51,818 bases of DNA from the IMG/VR virus record IMGVR_UViG_3300011116_000764, positions 1 to 51,818 of that record. One strand, given 5' to 3'. A program made the translations under genes and the position numbers. The notes below the pieces were generated by a model that saw nothing but the letters and a program-made list of their open reading frames with translations, searched no databases and had not been told where the DNA came from. Position 1 is the first letter of the stretch. Every line of letters starts with the position of its first letter. Origin of the DNA: a virus (taxonomy: Duplodnaviria > Caudoviricetes). This document shows, piece after piece, positions 45,071 to 51,818 of this stretch.

Positions 45071-46973
45071 GAATCCGCTTTATCCCCTGCCTGCTGATTA
45101 CGACACGCTGACCGATGAAGGCCAGCGGCTTGCTCGTATCAATGCAACGCGACAGTGGCTTCTGCCCTCGACTGACCTGAAGCAGCGAGCCATTGATTTC
45201 ATTTCCTCACTCCGTTTCTTCGAGGCTTGGTATCTATGGCCGGACCCCGATACGGATTTCAATCCTTTGTTCTTCGACGACACTCCGGTGCCGACTCCGA
45301 AGGGCCACGTTTCAATCTACAAGGAATGGGCGACATCCCGATCAAGCATTGCCGTGGCCCCTCGTGGTTACGCGAAGAGCAACTGCATCCGCAAGTCGAT
45401 CTTGCTGCAGATGCTCACCCGACCGGCCTTCTCCTTTATCTACGCTACGAGCTCGCACGACAACGCGCAGCAAACGAGCCAGATCATCAAGAGTCAGTTC
45501 ACGGACAACTCGCGGATCTTCGACGACTTTTCTCCTGAGTTCCCCGACGGTCGCATTGTTCCCCGCCGCGGCGAAGCATCCTTTGGCCTTGAGATGATGT
45601 ACCTCAAGAACGGCTCGTGGCTCCGGGCCATCTCCGCATCCAGCAAGCAGCGCGGCGGTCGACCCCGGTGCTACATCCTCGATGACCCTGAGTACGACCC
45701 CAAGGCCTCGACGTCGATGGCGGTACTCCGCGACTACGTGGAGAATCTGCTGTTCAAGATCGTGCTGCCCATGCTCACTCGCCCCGACACCTCGGTGCGG
45801 TGGCTGGCTACCTTCGTCAGCCGACGTCACTATGCGTGGCATGCCATGCAGACCGAGCAGACGCCCAGTGGTCCGCGAGCACGGGATCCGCGCTTTGAGT
45901 TCTGGTCACGCATGCTTCTTGACTCGGAGTACGAAAAAGACGGAAAGCTCCACTCCTGTTGGCCCGAGATGTGGCCCCTCAACCGTGCAGACAAACTTGC
46001 GCGACCAGATCTTTCGAACCGCATTTCCCTTGAGGAAATCAAAGAACGAATCGGTAATGCTGTCTATCTGGCTGAGTATCGCGGTCGACCCGGTGAGAGC
46101 GGTGAGAACTTCTTCCCGCCCCTCATCCGTGAGAACCACGGGTGGTGGATTGAGGACCCGGATCCGTCCTTCGACACTGACCCGGTGACCTCCGATACTA
46201 AGATCGCGTGGGGGGAGAAAACCGGAATCAAGGTGATGCCCATCAAGGACTTCCTCTTGAACTCCCTCACCTTCATGGCTGTCGATACGTCGTATACTCA
46301 TGGTCCTGACTCGGACTATAAGGTAGCAGTTGTCATGGCGGTTAACAGTGACAACTGCCTTTTTGTTCTAGATATGTGGGCAGGCCAGGTTCCCGAGGAC
46401 CAGCTGATCCGGAACGTCTTCCGCCTGGCCGACAAGTGGAAGGTCCCCTCCATCCACCCCGAGGTGGTCCGCGAGTCGGTCAACCTCTACCAGCAGCTGG
46501 AAACCCTGGTCCGCCAGCGGGCCACCGAGATCACCGGCACCTCCCACATGCCCAAGATCATGCCCCTCAAGGTGGGCATGGTCCAGAAGGAAGCCAAGAT
46601 CTCCGGTCTCCTGTTCCGCTTTGAGCACGGCCTCCTCAAGCTCCCCATGTGGAAGCGCATGGACAAGCCATGGCGCGAGCTTTTTGACCAGCTGGAGCAG
46701 TTCAACCCTGAAGCCCGTGACGGCGGTCTAGCCCACGACGACCACATCGACGCGGTGGCCATGTCCTCCATGATCCTGAAGTTCCGACTGCCCAAGCGCG
46801 GCCTGGGTATCGAGGCGGTGAAGTCCCCCCTCGAACGGTTGAAGGACGGCGAGCGTCATGACAATGGGGTGTCCTTGCTGTCCATGGTTGACTGGAACAG
46901 CCTTCCAAGTGATGATGTCCTTGATATCTTAAGGCCAGAGGAGCATACAAATGACGGCGAGACCAGAGTCTGA
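45039..46973 (+). CDS. terL: Terminase large subunit
   Basis: APRGYAKS Walker A, RGGR, YILDDPE Walker B; nuclease AVDTS and HDDHIDA. Confidence 0.93.
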   Translation: MQIKRIPQPPENPLYPLPADYDTLTDEGQRLARINATRQWLLPSTDLKQRAIDFISSLRFFEAWYLWPDPDTDFNPLFFDDTPVPTPKGHVSIYKEWATSRSSIAVAPRGYAKSNCIRKSILLQMLTRPAFSFIYATSSHDNAQQTSQIIKSQFTDNSRIFDDFSPEFPDGRIVPRRGEASFGLEMMYLKNGSWLRAISASSKQRGGRPRCYILDDPEYDPKASTSMAVLRDYVENLLFKIVLPMLTRPDTSVRWLATFVSRRHYAWHAMQTEQTPSGPRARDPRFEFWSRMLLDSEYEKDGKLHSCWPEMWPLNRADKLARPDLSNRISLEEIKERIGNAVYLAEYRGRPGESGENFFPPLIRENHGWWIEDPDPSFDTDPVTSDTKIAWGEKTGIKVMPIKDFLLNSLTFMAVDTSYTHGPDSDYKVAVVMAVNSDNCLFVLDMWAGQVPEDQLIRNVFRLADKWKVPSIHPEVVRESVNLYQQLETLVRQRATEITGTSHMPKIMPLKVGMVQKEAKISGLLFRFEHGLLKLPMWKRMDKPWRELFDQLEQFNPEARDGGLAHDDHIDAVAMSSMILKFRLPKRGLGIEAVKSPLERLKDGERHDNGVSLLSMVDWNSLPSDDVLDILRPEEHTNDGETRV

Positions 46974-47208
46974 TTCCCAGTACGTCACCATTCCCTACTT
47001 TTTATATGAGGCGATGGCTCGTGTGTACTACGGACGGGCCAATGGTGACTTCCCCGTGACACGCCCTATCGCATCGGAGATCCCGGACCCCAAGTTTACG
47101 GGCAACTTCACGATGGTTGACGATGACATCCCCGCAACTTGGAAGCCACAGGGCGCAGCCCAGAGGACACCCAGTGAACACCCGAAGCCCGCTAAGTCTC
47201 CCAAGTAA
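46951..47208 (+). CDS. Small protein between terminase and portal
   Basis: GAGGAG SD. Confidence 0.7.
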   Translation: MTARPESDSQYVTIPYFLYEAMARVYYGRANGDFPVTRPIASEIPDPKFTGNFTMVDDDIPATWKPQGAAQRTPSEHPKPAKSPK

Positions 47209-49171
47209 GCCCGCCGATATTGCAAAGTTTATGCGCATGCACGTGGACCGTGAGCGTGTGCGCTATAACTATCGCCGATCCATCTGGCTGCTGGCGTGGC
47301 ACTACCTGAACGGCGCTCGTCGCTTTGACGTCTTTGACCCGCTTACTGGCCGCCTTTCCCCCCACTATCTGGACCGCGAAGGCAACATGGAGTTCCAGTC
47401 GCAGGACCTCCTCTCAATGATTGACCGCACCGTGGCGCGCATTGCCACCATGGATCTGCGGCCCAAGATCATGCGCCAAGGCACCAGCCTCCGCATGATC
47501 CGCGAGCGCTCCAGCGCCCAGATCATTGCCGACTCGCTGGTCTCCGACCACCAGCTTTCCCAGGTCACCTCCGACTTTGCCCACATCTTTGCGACCCTGG
47601 GTTGCTGCGGAATCATGGGGCACCTCACCGATGTCCCCACCGTCGGCCTTACTGCCGATCTTGAAGTGGTGCACCCTCGTGAGGTGTTCCCATTCCCCGC
47701 CCTGCACCAGGATCACACCAAGCAGAGCGGCATCATCCGCCAGCGCGTGGTCCCCATCGACCTGCTTGCCTCCAAGTTCGGAAAGATCTCCGCCAAGAAG
47801 AAGGACCAGATGGAGTGGTGGAAGGTTGACCACGGCGACGTAACGACCGACCTTGGCCTTGACGAGCCCGGCTCGTACATGCGCAACCCCTTCAACAACA
47901 GCGGCATTACCACCGGCGCATCCGAAGGCACCGACGTGGTCAATGAAGTGGCTCGTATCCGCGAACTGTGGATCAACGGTCCCCGCGACACCTGCGTCCG
48001 CTACGTTGTAACCAGCGGCAACGAGGTTCTCGTCGACGAGTCATACGAAGACGCGGCGATGTACTGCCCCCTGGGCTGGGCCCGCTTCATGGATACCGGC
48101 ACCTTCTACGGCGCTGGCATGTTCGACCTTCTGTTCGGCATCTGCCGACAGGCCGAGCACATGATGAAGAGCCTCTTCAACAACATCCGCGACACCGACC
48201 GCTACGGCGTCCTCGTGCTTCCGCAGGGCTCGATGAACGAGCGCACCCTCCTCAAGGACGTGGGTCGTGGTCTGCGCGTGATGACCTACACCCCGGACCC
48301 GTTGAACGAGAACTTCAAGCCGTTCCCCATCCAGCCGTGGAACGCAGGCGATGCACCCGGCAAGGTGGCCCAGTTTGCACGCGACGTGATGCAGCAGATC
48401 AGCCCCGTCCAGGATCTCTTGCAGGAGAAGGGCCGCGTAGACAGCGCCCCCGGTCTGCAGTTCCTCGATGAGCAGATCACCAAGGCCATGACCAATCCCT
48501 CGATTGGCATTCAGCGCGCCTTCGGCAACATGTACCGCTCGCTCACTGCTCAGGCCGTGGCGGAAATCGTGAAGTTCCCGCGTACGGTGCCCGTCAACTA
48601 CGTTACCTTGGACCTTGCCGGTGCTGTTCTGGACATTGACAAGTCTGAGGTGTCCTTCGATCAGAACCCGCTGCCACAGGTGGGCTACCTCACCTTTGGC
48701 GTCAAGCAGGTCAACCCCCGCAGTGACACCGCCCGCAAGGAAGAAGCACTCAACCTGCTCAAGACCGGCCTCACCGACCCCATCAGCCTGAAGATCTTTG
48801 CCCTTAAGGAGGGTTTGGACTTTGCCATGTGGATGGACGAAGAAAAGGGTGCGTACGAGTCAGTCGTGCAGAACATCCTCCTGCTGTACGGCAACGGCGA
48901 GGACCCCGGTCAGATCGTGCTTACTCAGCACATGAGCCGACCGGACATCCAAATGCGTGTCCTCAGCGGCTTCATGACCAGTCCCATCCTTGCGGCGGCC
49001 AGCGCGGAAGTGCAGGACGAATTCCGCAAGTTCCGAGACACGATGCTGCAGTTCATGGGCCAGACCCTGCCGCAGCAGATCCCGACTCCTGATGAAGCTG
49101 CCGCTATGGGCATGCAGCCGCAACAGGCACCCCCACAAATGCCCATGCAAGGAATGATGCCGAATGGCTGA
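47174..49171 (+). CDS. Portal protein
   Basis: Size and position between TerL and scaffold; GRVDSA..LQFL.E motif; Q/P/M-rich tail; GTG start with GAGGA SD. Confidence 0.8.
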   Translation: MNTRSPLSLPSKPADIAKFMRMHVDRERVRYNYRRSIWLLAWHYLNGARRFDVFDPLTGRLSPHYLDREGNMEFQSQDLLSMIDRTVARIATMDLRPKIMRQGTSLRMIRERSSAQIIADSLVSDHQLSQVTSDFAHIFATLGCCGIMGHLTDVPTVGLTADLEVVHPREVFPFPALHQDHTKQSGIIRQRVVPIDLLASKFGKISAKKKDQMEWWKVDHGDVTTDLGLDEPGSYMRNPFNNSGITTGASEGTDVVNEVARIRELWINGPRDTCVRYVVTSGNEVLVDESYEDAAMYCPLGWARFMDTGTFYGAGMFDLLFGICRQAEHMMKSLFNNIRDTDRYGVLVLPQGSMNERTLLKDVGRGLRVMTYTPDPLNENFKPFPIQPWNAGDAPGKVAQFARDVMQQISPVQDLLQEKGRVDSAPGLQFLDEQITKAMTNPSIGIQRAFGNMYRSLTAQAVAEIVKFPRTVPVNYVTLDLAGAVLDIDKSEVSFDQNPLPQVGYLTFGVKQVNPRSDTARKEEALNLLKTGLTDPISLKIFALKEGLDFAMWMDEEKGAYESVVQNILLLYGNGEDPGQIVLTQHMSRPDIQMRVLSGFMTSPILAAASAEVQDEFRKFRDTMLQFMGQTLPQQIPTPDEAAAMGMQPQQAPPQMPMQGMMPNG

Positions 49172-50099
49172 TGAGACCCCAAACACCGCAGACACTACTC
49201 CCGCGCCCGAAACCGCCAAGCCCGCTCTTGACCTCGACTCCACCGTTCGCGTGGGGGGACAAGACGTTTCTATCAAGGAACTGGTGGACGCTCGCGAGAA
49301 CCTGGAGTACCTGCGTCAGGACTACAGCAAGCTTGTTTCGTTCCGCGATGCCACCTCCAAGGTGATGCGTCCGGATGTGGATCCCCAGGTCAAGGAGCAG
49401 GCTGCCCGTCAGCTGCTCGTGGACATGGGGTACCAGGGTGAAGAAGTGGACAACTACGTCAATGACTGGATGCAGTCTCAGCAAGGAGCAATGAACGTGA
49501 ACGACAACGTGGATACGACGCCGGAAGGTGATGAGGATGACCGCAGCGCAGAGCAGGTGGCCAATGCCATCATGCAGGCACAGCAGGAGGCGCAGTCTGC
49601 CCGTGAGCAGCTGGACCGCATGCGCGCTGAGCAGCTGAACGGTCGCATGAATTCGCAGATCGTGGTGGGCCTTGATTTGAACAAGGACGCCCGTACGATG
49701 TTGAGCAAGCTCGAGGAGATCAACGGAAAGGAAGCCGTTGCAAATGCTCGTAATGCTTTTGAGCGTGACATCCGCCAGCAGGCGATGGACAATCTCAAGG
49801 CACGCCGCGCGGCTGCAGGGACTTTCGAAGAAGCGTGGGTCACCGAAGAGGCAGCAAGGGCGACTGACCAAGTCCTTGCGAAGTACCGCTCGGTAATCGG
49901 CGACCCCAACCGTTTGGGACGGGCCCCGGAAACAGACAGCAGTGCGAGTGCGTTTGCCAACCGTAAGCCCCTTTCGGCTCCAACGTGGAAGCCGGGAATC
50001 AGCACTGGCGACATTGAGACCGCTCTTGACGCATACAACAAGGATGCGCTGAGCCGTCTGGCCGCTGGTCTTGATACGGGAACTGACGGTCGCGTCTGA
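49164..50099 (+). CDS. Capsid scaffolding protein
   Basis: Acidic helical protein with VRVGGQDVSIKEL; precedes capsid. Confidence 0.7.
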   Translation: MADETPNTADTTPAPETAKPALDLDSTVRVGGQDVSIKELVDARENLEYLRQDYSKLVSFRDATSKVMRPDVDPQVKEQAARQLLVDMGYQGEEVDNYVNDWMQSQQGAMNVNDNVDTTPEGDEDDRSAEQVANAIMQAQQEAQSAREQLDRMRAEQLNGRMNSQIVVGLDLNKDARTMLSKLEEINGKEAVANARNAFERDIRQQAMDNLKARRAAAGTFEEAWVTEEAARATDQVLAKYRSVIGDPNRLGRAPETDSSASAFANRKPLSAPTWKPGISTGDIETALDAYNKDALSRLAAGLDTGTDGRV

Positions 50100-50132
50100 T
50101 TTCTTCAACCCCGTTTACAAGGAAACTGAAAC

Positions 50133-51752
50133 ATGCCTAGTCAATTTGCACCGACTGACAGTCTGTTTAGTCGGCACAGTCAGCAGCTCGAAGAGCTGAT
50201 CAACAAGAACGTCGACACGCTGCTGCCGACCCTCGACCCTGCTTGGCGCGACACCGTCGTGACCTCGCAGGGCGTGGGCCCCGCTTCGGCGATTGGTCGT
50301 GACCTCAAGATTCTGAAGCTGTATCGCGGCGGTCTGACCGGCGTGATCGAGCAGGGCGCGCAGTACGGCAAGGGTGACTTTGCTCTGTACGGCGACGACA
50401 CCACTGTGATCAACCAGAAGCTGTACCTCCAGAGCGCGACCAAGACCTGGCCCGATGCTCTGCAGGGTCCGGCTGTCAACAGCTACCGCCTCGGTATCGG
50501 CATGCGCTCCATGCTGACCAACCTGGCGGTCACCATGGGCGAGATGCAGGCGGAAGCCACTCCGGCTTTCATCGGCGATATCATCGCTCCGAAGCTGAAG
50601 GGCTTTGCTCAGAACCTGTCGCACACCCTGTGCAACTACTGGTACATGAGCCAGAACAACGGCTACCGTCTGGCCACCGTGAAGGACAAGAGCACTGTTA
50701 CTGATGCCAGCGGCACTGGTGCTGGTCCTTGGAGTGTGACTTTCCGTCCTGACAATTACGCGATTGACCGTTTCTACGTGGGTCAGCGCCTTGACCTGCT
50801 TGACCCAACTAACACGGGCAAGCGAAAGAACGGTGGCGATGCAAGCAGTTGGAGCAAGGGTGATACCCGAGTCAACCTGTTTGTGTCGGCAACGGACGAA
50901 CTCAAGGGCTACGTCACCGTGACCAGCACCCAGTGGAACTTTAACGGCAACACCGTTAACAGCACTGTCACTGGCGCTATTGCCAATGATGACGTTGTGG
51001 TGTACGCAAATAGCGGTTCGAATGCTCAGAGCACCGGTACTCAGTCGTTTACTGGCATCGCGGGCATCAACAGCTGGCTGAAGTTTGGCGATGGCGCCAC
51101 TGCAACGGCTGACGAAAACTACCTGCTGGGTGGTGAGCGTGATACCGGCAACCAGATCAGTGTGCTTACCCACCCTGAGTTTAAGAGCTTCGCGGTGAGC
51201 AACGTCGGTACCCTGACTGAGCACAAGCTCCGTCAGTACATCCGTCGCTTCCACGCTGCGAAGAACAAGTACGGTCAGACGATCGACTGCCTCATTGCCA
51301 GCGATGGCGTGTGGCTGAGCTACGAGGCCCAGAAGATTGGTCAGTACACCCTGGAGCGTCAGGGCAAGCTCTCGAACGTGAACAATGAAGGCTCCGATCA
51401 GGGCTTCAAGTTCACCTTCGAAGGCCGCACCTACAACGGCTACACCTCGACCTACATCGAGGACGGCGTGGTGTACGGAATCAAGAAGGGCGGTTCCAAC
51501 TGGAAGCGCTACGTGCCGCCGGATCCAAAGGGCGTGCAGAAGTTCAGCGAAGCCGACAGCTTCGTTCCGTTCAACTTTGTGGTCCCGGCCCTTACCGGCA
51601 CGGCTACCACCAAGTTCCCCATCCTGAGTGGTGGTCTGATGACGGAAGCCATGCAGATGCCGGGCATGCTGCGTATGCAGCTTGTGCCGGATCAGGCCTC
51701 TGGCATGAAGCTCAGTGGCGTTACGACCGACCGTGTCTGGTCGAGCACGTAA
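50133..51752 (+). CDS. Major capsid protein
   Basis: After the scaffold; AAGGA SD, strongly biased codons, TAATAG stop and tandem hairpins. Confidence 0.8.
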   Translation: MPSQFAPTDSLFSRHSQQLEELINKNVDTLLPTLDPAWRDTVVTSQGVGPASAIGRDLKILKLYRGGLTGVIEQGAQYGKGDFALYGDDTTVINQKLYLQSATKTWPDALQGPAVNSYRLGIGMRSMLTNLAVTMGEMQAEATPAFIGDIIAPKLKGFAQNLSHTLCNYWYMSQNNGYRLATVKDKSTVTDASGTGAGPWSVTFRPDNYAIDRFYVGQRLDLLDPTNTGKRKNGGDASSWSKGDTRVNLFVSATDELKGYVTVTSTQWNFNGNTVNSTVTGAIANDDVVVYANSGSNAQSTGTQSFTGIAGINSWLKFGDGATATADENYLLGGERDTGNQISVLTHPEFKSFAVSNVGTLTEHKLRQYIRRFHAAKNKYGQTIDCLIASDGVWLSYEAQKIGQYTLERQGKLSNVNNEGSDQGFKFTFEGRTYNGYTSTYIEDGVVYGIKKGGSNWKRYVPPDPKGVQKFSEADSFVPFNFVVPALTGTATTKFPILSGGLMTEAMQMPGMLRMQLVPDQASGMKLSGVTTDRVWSST

Positions 51753-51818
51753 TAGGCTCCTGTTAAGGGCTGCGGTGCCCTTGGCGTCTCACGGGGGGTG
51801 GACTTCGGTCCACCCCCC
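51711..51818. repeat. Terminal direct repeat, copy 2
   Basis: Matches 1-108. Confidence 0.97.

Noticed and set aside
49104-51254. Long minus-strand ORFs of 334 and 379 aa
   Set aside because: Antisense to the scaffold and capsid genes; no motifs or convincing starts.

Overview
The window is an apparently complete, GC-rich tailed-phage genome of about 51,710 bp: bases 1-108 recur at 51711-51818. It has a podovirus-like plan, with no tape measure, sheath or integrase recognised. The + strand arm (40489 to the end, wrapping round to 20839) carries terminase, portal, scaffold, major capsid, accessory genes (metallophosphoesterase, Dps-like, DUF4326, Nmad1), adaptor/tail proteins, a Cys-rich module, candidate lysis membrane proteins and large internal virion proteins. 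The - strand arm (20816-40449) carries an SF3 helicase, small early genes, a MoxR-AAA/vWA pair, UDG, PolA, an ERCC4 nuclease, a fibre-like cassette, a PD-(D/E)xK nuclease, a Sak4-like ATPase and an SSB. GACC-type Cys repeats hint at a Planctomycetota (Phycisphaerae) host, which is inference. The most notable observations are a candidate helical unimolecular spanin with no recognisable endolysin, a PolA with altered motifs B and C, an iteron-like origin where GC skew flips independently of coding strand, two SSB-like genes with matching structured leaders, and a recurrent [ND]P[LI]xx[LI] peptide tag on unrelated proteins. All family assignments come from motif recognition by eye; no database searches were run.
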